Assembly: GCF_000021865.1 (NCBI RefSeq)
Contig: NC_014034.1
Coordinates: forward strand, 2,400,001 to 2,432,000
Reading direction: 5' to 3'
Source: Rhodobacter capsulatus SB 1003
Lineage (GTDB): Bacteria; Pseudomonadota; Alphaproteobacteria; Rhodobacterales; Rhodobacteraceae
DNA length: 32,000 bases
The translations under genes and the position numbers were made by a program. Below the pieces are notes generated by a model. That model saw only the letters and a list, made by a program, of their open reading frames with translations. It was not told the DNA's origin and made no database searches. Below are positions 7,893 through 15,510 of the stretch, in pieces (positions within the stretch are counted from its first letter, which is position 1; every line of letters starts with the position of its first letter).

Positions 7893-9119
7893 TCACTGGG
7901 CGGCGACGGCGGTTTCGGCGAAGACCGGCAGGGTTTCCGCCTCGATCCGCCAGATGTCATGCTGCAGGCTCGTCACATCGGCGTTGCTGTCGTAAAGGTT
8001 CGCCCAGCTGAACCCGGCCTTTTGCCAGATCGCCGCGATCTTGTGGCCAAGGTCGAGATACCAGCCCGGTTCCGGCGCGCGATGGCCCTCAAGGTCGGAG
8101 CCCGGATTGGGGCACCAGATCGAGGCGGTGCCGACCGCGCCCTTGTCGGCAAGGTATTGAATCCCCGCCAGAAGGCTTTTCTTCGGCTCGATGCCGCCGA
8201 CGAAATTCGAGCGCACATTGCCATGCCCGAAGACGCCCACCGAATATTCGATCGCCTTCAGCCAATGGTCCCAGCCGCCCGAGTCCCGCGCCTTGCCGGG
8301 GCAGATCGCGTTATAGATGCCCTTGTCCCAGAATTCGAGATTGAGCCCGACGGTGCGGTAGCCCGCTTCCTTGAAACGGTCGAGATTGCGCAGATCGATG
8401 GGGGCGGCGACGACGGCGGTGCCGTTGAAATCCTCGACCCCCGCATATTTGCGCAGCGCATCGGCGACATCGAGGTAATATTCCAGCTCGCGCCGTTCCG
8501 GGATCACGCCGCCGGTGATGTTGACGTGATCGACCAGCCCCGCCCGATGCGCCTCGGCATAGGTTTCGCCGATCTGACGCGCGGTCTTCCAGAAGATCCC
8601 GGTCTTTTCGCCATAGGTGTCCTTGGTGAAATTGATGTTGCAAAACAGGCAGTCCTCGCCCTTCGCCTTGTAGGAGCACTCGTTCGAATAGGCGACGAAG
8701 AACTGCCGTTCGGAGCCCAGCGTGGCGATGGTGGACATCGCCACCCCGTCCGAGGTGCGCTTGCCGTAGAAGGCGGGCCGGTCGGGGAAGAAGGCCTCGG
8801 CCAGTTCCTCGTCGCCGCGCACGACGATGGTGCGGTTGCCGTCCAGCTCGATCCGGTCGCGCGCCTCGGGGTTCAGCCGGAACGGCACGACAAGGCCGTG
8901 ATCAAGGCGGAAATAGCTCGGCTGCTCCTCGTCATGGGTGACAAAATCCATCTCGAAGAGCGTGTGGACCTGTTCTTGCGTCCTGATGCCCGGGGCGATG
9001 TGGGCCAGCGCCTCGGGGCTGATCGACACGCCATCGGTGTAAAGCCGCGCCTTCAGCGCGAGTTCGGCCCAAAGCCGATCCTTGAGGCCAAGCGGACGGG
9101 GGGGAAGGGAAGCATGCAT
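7893..9119 (-). CDS. isrB: Radical-SAM-like enzyme with variant Cys motif (isrB/nflB-type)
   Basis: ECSYKAKGEDCLFCN gives C-X8-C-X2-C in the position where radical SAM enzymes carry CX3CX2C. TIM-barrel-like downstream blocks (GLNLEFWD, FVGGIEP). The ATG at 9119 has an AAGGA Shine-Dalgarno; the ATG at 9218 has none. Confidence 0.75.
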   Translation of the reverse strand: MHASLPPRPLGLKDRLWAELALKARLYTDGVSISPEALAHIAPGIRTQEQVHTLFEMDFVTHDEEQPSYFRLDHGLVVPFRLNPEARDRIELDGNRTIVVRGDEELAEAFFPDRPAFYGKRTSDGVAMSTIATLGSERQFFVAYSNECSYKAKGEDCLFCNINFTKDTYGEKTGIFWKTARQIGETYAEAHRAGLVDHVNITGGVIPERRELEYYLDVADALRKYAGVEDFNGTAVVAAPIDLRNLDRFKEAGYRTVGLNLEFWDKGIYNAICPGKARDSGGWDHWLKAIEYSVGVFGHGNVRSNFVGGIEPKKSLLAGIQYLADKGAVGTASIWCPNPGSDLEGHRAPEPGWYLDLGHKIAAIWQKAGFSWANLYDSNADVTSLQHDIWRIEAETLPVFAETAVAAQ

Positions 9120-9214
9120 CGGGTCATCCTTGGGAAAGCGTTGCAAAGGCTGCGCAGGGTCGGCCTGCGCGCGCTTCGGTCTGGGCTGTGCTGGGCGCCG
9201 ATAGACGGCAAATT

Positions 9215-9232
9215 CCATCGATATTTAGATGG
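9215..9232. promoter_or_regulatory. AT-rich palindrome upstream of the isrB-like gene (CCATC-GATATTTA-GATGG)
   Basis: Inverted repeat CCATC/GATGG with an 8-nt AT-rich spacer, about 100 nt upstream of the ATG at 9119. A GATAGAC half-motif lies next to it at 9200-9206. Confidence 0.3.
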
Positions 9233-9361
9233 CACGAACCCCAGTCCGGTTCCATTCCAAGTTGCCGGCCCCGCGGGGAAGGATCGCCCTGCGCGAAACC
9301 GGCCTTGAAGCAAGGATTTTCCGCGGCCCCCCCCGGGCCGCCCGCGACGGCGCAGGCCCGC

Positions 9362-11134
9362 TCAGCGCGGCTGCGGCCGCATGTCGGCCGGATCGATCCC
9401 CGCGACCACGACGGGTTTCGTCATCGCATCGCGGCGGAACGGCTCGCCCAGTTCCTGATTGATCAGCGCCTCGATCAGCGTGGTCTTGCCCGCCGCCTGA
9501 TCGGCCAGCGCCTTGCGCAGCGCCTCGGTCAGCTCCTCCATCGTGCGCGCGACGACGCCCTGCAAGCCGCAGGCCTGCGCGATCCCCGCGTAGCTGACCT
9601 GCAGATCCAGCTCTGTTCCGACGAAATTGTCGTCATACCAAAGGGTTGAGTTGCGCTTTTCGGCGCCCCACTGGTAGTTGCGAAAGACGACCATGGTGAT
9701 TGCGGGCCAGTCGGCACGGCCGATCGCGGTCAGTTCGGTGACCGAAATCCCGAAGGCGCCATCGCCCGCAAAGCCGACCACGGGGGTCTCGGGACAGGCG
9801 ATCTTCGCGCCGATGATCGCGGGCAGGCCGTAGCCGCAGGGGCCGAACAGCCCCGGCGCCAGATATTTCCGCCCCGCCGCGAAACTGGGATAGGCATTGC
9901 CGATGGCGCAGTTGTTGCCGATATCCGAGGAGAGGATCGCCTCGGGCGGCAGGGCGGCGGTGATCGCGCGCCAGGCCATGCGCGGGCTCATCCAACCGGG
10001 TTTCGCGGCGCGGGCGCGTTCGTTCCAGCTCGTGCCCGGATCGTCCTCCTCGTGATCCATCGAGGCGAGTTCCTGCGCCCAGCGGCTTTTCGTGGTGGCA
10101 ATCCGCGCCGCCCGCTCGGCCCGGTCTTGATCGCCGGCCTGCGCGCCCAGCCGCGCCAGGATCCCCCGCGCCACCGCCCCGGCATCGGCCGCAATCCCCA
10201 AAGTGACCGGCCGCGTCAGACCGATCCGGTCGGGGTTGATGTCCACCTGGATCACCGCCGCGGCTTTCGGCCAATAATCGATGCCATAGCCCGGCAGGGT
10301 CGAAAACGGATTGAGCCGCGTGCCCAGGCACAGCACCACATCGGCCTGTGACATCAACTGCATGGCGGCTTTCGAACCGTTGTAGCCCAAGGGCCCCGCG
10401 AAAAGCGGATGGCTGCCCGGAAAGGCGTCGTTGTGCTGATATCCGGTGCAGACCGGGGCCTCGAGCCGCTCGGCCAGCGCCACGGTGTCGGGGATCGCTT
10501 CGGCCAGCACCACCCCGGCGCCGTTCAGGATCACCGGAAACCGCGCGCTTGACAGCAGCGCCGCCGCCCGGTCCAGCGCCTGCGCATCGGGCGCGGGCCG
10601 GGGCAGATCGACGCCCTGCGGCAGCTCGATGTCGATGATCTTGGTGAACATGTCCCGCGGCAGGTTGATCTGCGCGGGCGCCGAGGCGCGGCGGGCCTTG
10701 CGGATCACCCGGTCCAGCACCTCGGCGATCCGGGCCGGGTCGCGCAGCTCTTCCTGCCAGCAGACCATGTCGCGAAACAGCGCCATCTGCTCGACTTCCT
10801 GAAAACCGCCCTGCCCGATCGTCCGGTTCGCCGCCTGCGGCGTCACCACCAGCATCGGCGTGTGATTCCAGTAGGCGGTCTTCACGGCGGTGACGAAATT
10901 CGTCACCCCGGGGCCGTTTTGCGCGATGATCATCGCCATCCGCCCCGAGGCGCGGGTGAAGCCGTCGGCCATCATCCCGCCCGAGCCCTCATGCGCGCAG
11001 TCGAAAAACCGGATGCCCGCACGCGGGAACAGATCCGAGATCGGCATGAAGGCCGAACCGATGATGCCAAAGGCGGTGTCGATCCCGTGGCGCTGCAATA
11101 CCTTGACGAAGGCTTCTTCCGTGGTCATCCGCAT
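9362..11134 (-). CDS. xsc: Sulfoacetaldehyde acetyltransferase (ThDP-dependent)
   Basis: The N-terminus MRMTTEEAFVKVLQRHGIDTAFGIIGSAFMPISDLF matches Xsc as recalled, and the protein has a ThDP-enzyme layout. AGGAGA Shine-Dalgarno 6 nt before the ATG at 11134. Context with tpa and tauR. Confidence 0.9.
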   Translation of the reverse strand: MRMTTEEAFVKVLQRHGIDTAFGIIGSAFMPISDLFPRAGIRFFDCAHEGSGGMMADGFTRASGRMAMIIAQNGPGVTNFVTAVKTAYWNHTPMLVVTPQAANRTIGQGGFQEVEQMALFRDMVCWQEELRDPARIAEVLDRVIRKARRASAPAQINLPRDMFTKIIDIELPQGVDLPRPAPDAQALDRAAALLSSARFPVILNGAGVVLAEAIPDTVALAERLEAPVCTGYQHNDAFPGSHPLFAGPLGYNGSKAAMQLMSQADVVLCLGTRLNPFSTLPGYGIDYWPKAAAVIQVDINPDRIGLTRPVTLGIAADAGAVARGILARLGAQAGDQDRAERAARIATTKSRWAQELASMDHEEDDPGTSWNERARAAKPGWMSPRMAWRAITAALPPEAILSSDIGNNCAIGNAYPSFAAGRKYLAPGLFGPCGYGLPAIIGAKIACPETPVVGFAGDGAFGISVTELTAIGRADWPAITMVVFRNYQWGAEKRNSTLWYDDNFVGTELDLQVSYAGIAQACGLQGVVARTMEELTEALRKALADQAAGKTTLIEALINQELGEPFRRDAMTKPVVVAGIDPADMRPQPR

Positions 11135-11184
11135 CGGTCTCTCCTGAGATTTTCGGCCAATCAACCCCGGAGCGGCGCGAAATC

Positions 11185-11217
11185 TTAGGTCCAGAGCACG
11201 AAATCGGATGGGGCCAG
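11185..11217 (-). promoter_or_regulatory. Candidate TauR operator upstream of xsc (TTAGGTCCAG-N13-ATGGGGCCAG on the plus strand)
   Basis: The decamer at 11185-11194 is identical to the one at 14162-14171. A degenerate second repeat sits at the same 23-nt register. The proximal repeat lies 51 nt from the xsc ATG, compared with 58 nt at tpa. Confidence 0.5.
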
Positions 11218-11218
11218 A

Positions 11219-12673
11219 TCAACGCAGGGCGCGGGCGATGCGGGCGATGCCCTCGGGGATCGCGGCGGGGCCGATCGAGGAATAGGCGAGGCGATAGAAA
11301 TTGCGCCGCTCGCGCGCCGGATCAAAGAACACCCGGCCGGGTTCGATCAGCACCCCCTCGGCGCGCAGGCGCAGCGCCAGGTCTTCGGTATCGACCGCCC
11401 CGGGCGCCTGCATCCAGAACGACGAGCCCCCGAAACCGCCCTGCCCCGCGATCTGCAACCCGTTGTCTTCGATGGCTTTTGTCATCACCTCGCGGCGCAG
11501 GCGATAGGCCGCCTTCATCCGCGCCACCAGCGCATCGTAATGGCCAAGCGACAGGAACAGCGCCAGCGTGCGTTGCAGCTGCCCCGGCGGATGGCGCAGC
11601 ACGGTGGCCCGCAGCGCCCGCACCGCCGCAACGAAAGGCGCGGGGGCGACGAGATAGCCCAGCCGCAGCCCCGGAAACAGCGATTTCGAGAACGAGCCCA
11701 CATGCACGACGCGCCCGCCCGCATCGAGCGATTTCAGCGAGGGCGCGGCCGATTGCAGGAAGGACATTTCGAATTCGTAATCATCCTCGAGGATCAGGAA
11801 ATCCCCGGCTTCCGCCGCCGCCAGAAGTGCCAGCCGACGCTCCACCGGCAGGGTGGCATTCGTCGGGCAATGATGGCTGGCGGTGGTGACCACCAGCTTG
11901 AGCCGCGCGGGCAGCTGCGCGGGCACCAGCCCCCGGTCATCGACATCGACCGAAAGCACCTCGGCGCCGGTCGTGCCCAGAACCGCGCGCGTGCCCGGAT
12001 AGCCCGGATTTTCCATCGCCGCCCGTTCCCCCGGACCCAGCAGAACCTGCGCCGCCAGCCAGAGCCCGTTCTGCGCCCCCATGGTGATCAGCACCTCGGA
12101 GGGCACGGCCGCAATGCCGCGACGGGGCAGGATGTGGCGCAGGATATATTCGACGAGCAGCGGATCGTCTTCGTCGTAGCAATCCGCCGAAAGCCTGTGA
12201 AACTCGCGCCGGCCAAGGGCTTGCAGCGCACAGGCCCGCCAGTTCTGATGGTCGAAAAGTTCGGGATCGGCCTGCCCGTAGATGAAGGGATAGCGATAGA
12301 GCGACCAGTCGCGCGGCCGGTCGGGGCGCGGCAGGCCCTGCGCGCGGGGGTGCAAAAGCCGGGCCCAGTCCGTCCGGGCACCGTCCCGGGGCAAGGGCCG
12401 GGCCTTGCGCGCATCGGGGGCGGCGGCGGAAACGAACGTGCCCGACCGCCCGCGCGCCAGCAGGTAATCCGAGGCCACCAGATCGGCATAGGCGAGCGTC
12501 ACGGTGATGCGGGCGACGCCCAGATGCGCCGCCAGCGCCCGGGTCGAGGGCATCCGGTCGCCCGGGCGAAACCGGCCCGAAAGGATCCCCTCGGTCACCA
12601 TCTGGCGCAGGCGGTGCTGCAGCGATCCCTGCCCGCCGGGCGCCAGAAAGAAGCTTTCGACCGGAATGGCCAT
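11219..12673 (-). CDS. tauR: MocR-subfamily GntR regulator (wHTH plus class-I aminotransferase-like domain), taurine regulator
   Basis: N-terminal GntR wHTH (RMPSTRALAAHLGVARITVTLAYADL) fused to a roughly 350-aa PLP-fold domain. Located between tpa and xsc. Confidence 0.9.
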   Translation of the reverse strand: MAIPVESFFLAPGGQGSLQHRLRQMVTEGILSGRFRPGDRMPSTRALAAHLGVARITVTLAYADLVASDYLLARGRSGTFVSAAAPDARKARPLPRDGARTDWARLLHPRAQGLPRPDRPRDWSLYRYPFIYGQADPELFDHQNWRACALQALGRREFHRLSADCYDEDDPLLVEYILRHILPRRGIAAVPSEVLITMGAQNGLWLAAQVLLGPGERAAMENPGYPGTRAVLGTTGAEVLSVDVDDRGLVPAQLPARLKLVVTTASHHCPTNATLPVERRLALLAAAEAGDFLILEDDYEFEMSFLQSAAPSLKSLDAGGRVVHVGSFSKSLFPGLRLGYLVAPAPFVAAVRALRATVLRHPPGQLQRTLALFLSLGHYDALVARMKAAYRLRREVMTKAIEDNGLQIAGQGGFGGSSFWMQAPGAVDTEDLALRLRAEGVLIEPGRVFFDPARERRNFYRLAYSSIGPAAIPEGIARIARALR

Positions 12674-12690
12674 CTTGACCTCGCAGCTTC

Positions 12691-12717
12691 GCTGGACCCA
12701 TGAAGGATAGGTCCAGC
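12691..12717. promoter_or_regulatory. Inverted GGTCCAG repeat between tpa and tauR (GCTGGACC-N11-GGTCCAGC)
   Basis: Perfect 8-bp arms. Each arm carries the same GGTCCAG core as the tpa and xsc repeats. It lies 18-44 nt upstream of the tauR ATG and could alternatively act as an RNA hairpin. Confidence 0.45.
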
Positions 12718-12724
12718 GCGGCTG

Positions 12725-14104
12725 TCAAGCGGCCAGGCGGCGCAGGGCGGCGTCGATCGTCTCGGTGATGCGGTCGATCTCGGCTTCCGAGGCGATCAGC
12801 GCCGGGGCAAGGCAGAGCGTGGTATTGAGCCCGGGGATCGAGCGGTTGGTGGCGCCGATCAGCACGCCCTGCGCGGCGCAATCGGCCACGACCGCCTGCA
12901 CCTTCGCCTCGGCCAGCGGCTCTTTCGTGCGCCGGTCGGCCACCAGTTCCGCGCCGCAAAACAGGCCCTTGCCGCGCACGTCGCCAATCACCGCATGCCG
13001 TTCGGCCAGATCCCGAAGGTTCGCCAGCAGCCGTTCCCCCATCTGCGCGGTGTTCTGCAAAAGCCCCTCCTCCTCGATGATCCGCAGGGTTTCGAGCGCC
13101 GCCGCAGGCCCCGCCGTGCAGCCGCCAAAGGTGGAGATGTCGCGGAAATGGCACAGCGGATCGCTGGGCGCATCCTTGAACAGCTCAAAGACCGCCTCGG
13201 TCGTCACGGTGCAGGAAATCGCCGCATAGCCCGCGGCCACGCCCTTCGCCATGGTGACGAAATCGGGCTGAATGCCATAGTGCTGATAGCCGAACCAGGC
13301 GCCGGTGCGGCCGAGCCCGCAGACGACCTCGTCCAGATGCAGCAAGATGTTGTATTTGCGGCAGATGTGGCTCACCTTTTCCCAATAGCCCGCGGGCGGC
13401 ACGATCACGCCCCCGCCCGCGGTGATCGGTTCCAGCACGAGGCAGCCGATGCTGTCGGGCCCCTCGCGCAGGATCACCTCTTCGATCGCATCGGCGGCGC
13501 GCTCGCCGTAATTGGCGCAGTCCCATTGCGCCCGGTATTCGAGGCAATGCGGCACGCTCACGAAGCCGTCGGGGAAAGGCCCGTAGTGCTCGGCCCGCTG
13601 CGCCTGCCCCGAGGTGGCCAGCGCGGCAATGGTGGTGCCGTGGTAATCCCTTTCCCGGAAAAGGATTTTCCCCTTGCGGCCACCGTGATGGCGGTGCGAG
13701 ATCTGCCGCACCATCTTGTAGACCTTCTCGTTCGCCTCGGAGCCCGAGTTGGAATAATAGACCCGCGACAGCCCCGGCATCTTCGCGATCAGCGCCTCGG
13801 CATAGCGCGCCCCGGGCACGGTGCCCGCCGCGCCCGCATAATAGGGCAGCGCCAGAAGCTGCGCCGCGACGGCCTCGACAACATCCTTGCGGCCATAGCC
13901 GAGGTTCACCGTCCAGACCCCGCCCGAGGTCGCATCCAGAAATTCGCGCCCGGTCGCATCCCAAAGCCGCATCCCCCGGCCCTCGACGAAGACCCGCGGA
14001 TCGCTGGTTTCATAGGGCTTGTGCTGGCTCAGGTGGTGCCAGACATGGGCGCGGTCAGCGGCGATGATCGGGGCGGCATCTTGCGGAATCGGGGCGGCGT
14101 GCAT
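12725..14104 (-). CDS. tpa: Taurine-pyruvate aminotransferase (class-III aminotransferase)
   Basis: Class-III PLP enzyme blocks (YSNSGSEANE, LDEVVCGLGRTGAWFG, TMAKG Lys). Context with tauR, xsc and tauABC. The ATG at 14104 is preferred over 14140, which lies only about 20 nt from the operator repeats. Confidence 0.88.
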   Translation of the reverse strand: MHAAPIPQDAAPIIAADRAHVWHHLSQHKPYETSDPRVFVEGRGMRLWDATGREFLDATSGGVWTVNLGYGRKDVVEAVAAQLLALPYYAGAAGTVPGARYAEALIAKMPGLSRVYYSNSGSEANEKVYKMVRQISHRHHGGRKGKILFRERDYHGTTIAALATSGQAQRAEHYGPFPDGFVSVPHCLEYRAQWDCANYGERAADAIEEVILREGPDSIGCLVLEPITAGGGVIVPPAGYWEKVSHICRKYNILLHLDEVVCGLGRTGAWFGYQHYGIQPDFVTMAKGVAAGYAAISCTVTTEAVFELFKDAPSDPLCHFRDISTFGGCTAGPAAALETLRIIEEEGLLQNTAQMGERLLANLRDLAERHAVIGDVRGKGLFCGAELVADRRTKEPLAEAKVQAVVADCAAQGVLIGATNRSIPGLNTTLCLAPALIASEAEIDRITETIDAALRRLAA

Positions 14105-14161
14105 GGGGGCCTCTGGTTGAGCGTGGGATGGCGCGACCATGACAGCGGCCCCCCGCTTCGA

Positions 14162-14194
14162 TTAGGTCCAGTTTCCCCGAAGCCTTAAGTCCAG
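14162..14194 (-). promoter_or_regulatory. TauR operator: direct repeats TTAGGTCCAG-N13-TTAAGTCCAG (CTGGACYTAA on the tpa strand)
   Basis: Two 10-nt direct repeats (9 of 10 identical) with starts 23 nt apart, in the tpa/tauA divergent region. Consistent with my recollection of the direct-repeat TauR site reported at the R. capsulatus tpa promoter. Confidence 0.7.
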
Positions 14195-14244
14195 AGCGCC
14201 GTTTTTTCCACCCTGACGGGATTTTTCTTCCCCCGCCGGACCGG

Positions 14245-14270
14245 CAAGGCGCGCTGCCGCGCCTTGTTTT
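14245..14270 (+). terminator. Terminator-like hairpin inside the tauA upstream region
   Basis: Perfect 9-bp stem CAAGGCGCG/CGCGCCTTG with loop CTGC, followed by TTTTG on the plus strand only. It lies 160 nt upstream of the tauA ATG. Confidence 0.45.
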
Positions 14271-14429
14271 GCGGGCCCGAAGAAGAATTCCCCTTCGCCC
14301 CCGCCCCGCGAGAGATTTTTCCTGCCGTTCGGCCCGCGCCTTTGGAATGGCATCCGGGCCGCGGATCGGCTCATTTCACAAATGACGATGGATTTAATGA
14401 ACATTCCGCCACCTCTGAAAGGACCGACC

Positions 14430-15425
14430 ATGACCAAAGCCCTGAAACGTGCCGCGCTTTCGGCGCTTGCGCTGCTGGCCGCAAGCAGCGCCGCCACCGC
14501 GGCCCCCGACGAGATCACCGTGGCCTGGTTCCTTGAATGGCCGCTGCCGTTCGAGCAGGCCAAGGTCGATGGCACCTTCGAGAAGGAACTGGGCGTCAAG
14601 GTGAACTGGCGCGCGTTCGACACCGGCGTGGCGATGTCGGCCGCCGCCGCCGCGGGCGATGTGCAATTCCTGATTTCGCAAGGGGTGCCGCCCTTCGTCA
14701 CCGCGACCTCGGCCGGGCAGGATCTGAAGGCCATCGCCATCGCGGTGAGCTACTCGGAAAACGACAATTGCGTCGTGCGCAAAGACCTTGAAATCACGAA
14801 GGAAAATGCGAAAGATCTGATCGGCAGGAAGGTCGGCGTACCGCTGGGCACCGCGGCGCATTACGGCTTTCTCAAGCAGCTCGAACATTTCGGGCTGGAG
14901 GCGAGCCAGCTGCAGGTGGTCGATCTGACGCCCCCCGATGCGGCGGCGGCGATTGCGCAGGGCAATATCGACGTCTTCTGCGGCTGGGGTGGCGCGCTGG
15001 CCCGTGCCAAGGATTACGGCAACGTGCTGCTGACCGGCGCCGAAAAGGAAGAGGCGGGCATTCGCGTCTTTGACGTGATCTCGACGCCCGGCGCCTTTGC
15101 GGCGGAAAACCCCGATCTGGTGACGCGGTTCCTCAAGGTGGTGAACGACGAAAACGCCGCCTATCTGGCCGATCCCGACAGGTTCATCCCGGTGCTGGCG
15201 AAGGACTCGGGTCTGGACGAGGCGGGCACCAGGGCGCAGCTGGCGGGCTTTGCCCTGCCCACGATCGAAGAAAAGCTCTCGGACAAATGGCTGGGCGGCG
15301 GGTTGCAGGCCTATCTGAAATCGGTCGCCGATTTCTTCGTCACGACGCAGAACATCCCCGCGGCGCTGGAAAGCTATGAGGGCGCGGTGGACGCAAGCTA
15401 TCTCGAGGCCGCCTCGAAACTCTGA
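14430..15425 (+). CDS. tauA: Taurine ABC transporter periplasmic binding protein
   Basis: Signal peptide MTKALKRAALSALALLAASSAATA. TauA/SsuA-type blocks (WRAFDTG..AAAAGDVQF). AAGGA Shine-Dalgarno 8 nt before the ATG at 14430. Confidence 0.85.
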   Translation: MTKALKRAALSALALLAASSAATAAPDEITVAWFLEWPLPFEQAKVDGTFEKELGVKVNWRAFDTGVAMSAAAAAGDVQFLISQGVPPFVTATSAGQDLKAIAIAVSYSENDNCVVRKDLEITKENAKDLIGRKVGVPLGTAAHYGFLKQLEHFGLEASQLQVVDLTPPDAAAAIAQGNIDVFCGWGGALARAKDYGNVLLTGAEKEEAGIRVFDVISTPGAFAAENPDLVTRFLKVVNDENAAYLADPDRFIPVLAKDSGLDEAGTRAQLAGFALPTIEEKLSDKWLGGGLQAYLKSVADFFVTTQNIPAALESYEGAVDASYLEAASKL

Positions 15426-15510
15426 CGCTTCCGTCCCGGACCTTCGGCGGCGCGGGGCCCTCCCCGCGCCTTTCCCCGTTCCGCCCCCCGTTCAGACACC
15501 CGGTGTTCCC

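Noticed and set aside
9225-9255. Sigma-54 (-24/-12) promoter upstream of the nitrogenase-like operon (TGGCAC-like sequence at 9230-9235)
   Set aside because: The TGGCAC-like element is on the wrong strand for the operon and lacks a TTGC at the correct 12-nt offset. The minus-strand CTGGGG...GTGCC stretch has the wrong GG-GC spacing.
4273-9308. Long plus-strand ORFs (4273-5535, 4283-5674, 5635-7059, 6866-8011, 7812-9308) across the nitrogenase-like operon
   Set aside because: All are antisense to genes with strong family signatures (NifH P-loop, component-1 motifs). The translations are dominated by Arg, Pro, Gly and Ala, as expected for the wrong frame or strand in high-GC DNA.
9323-9341. 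GC hairpin (GCGGCCC-CCCCC-GGGCCGC) just downstream of the xsc stop codon as a terminator
   Set aside because: On the xsc (minus) strand it is followed by GGAAAATCC, with no U-tract. It does not meet intrinsic-terminator criteria, so read-through into the next operon cannot be excluded.
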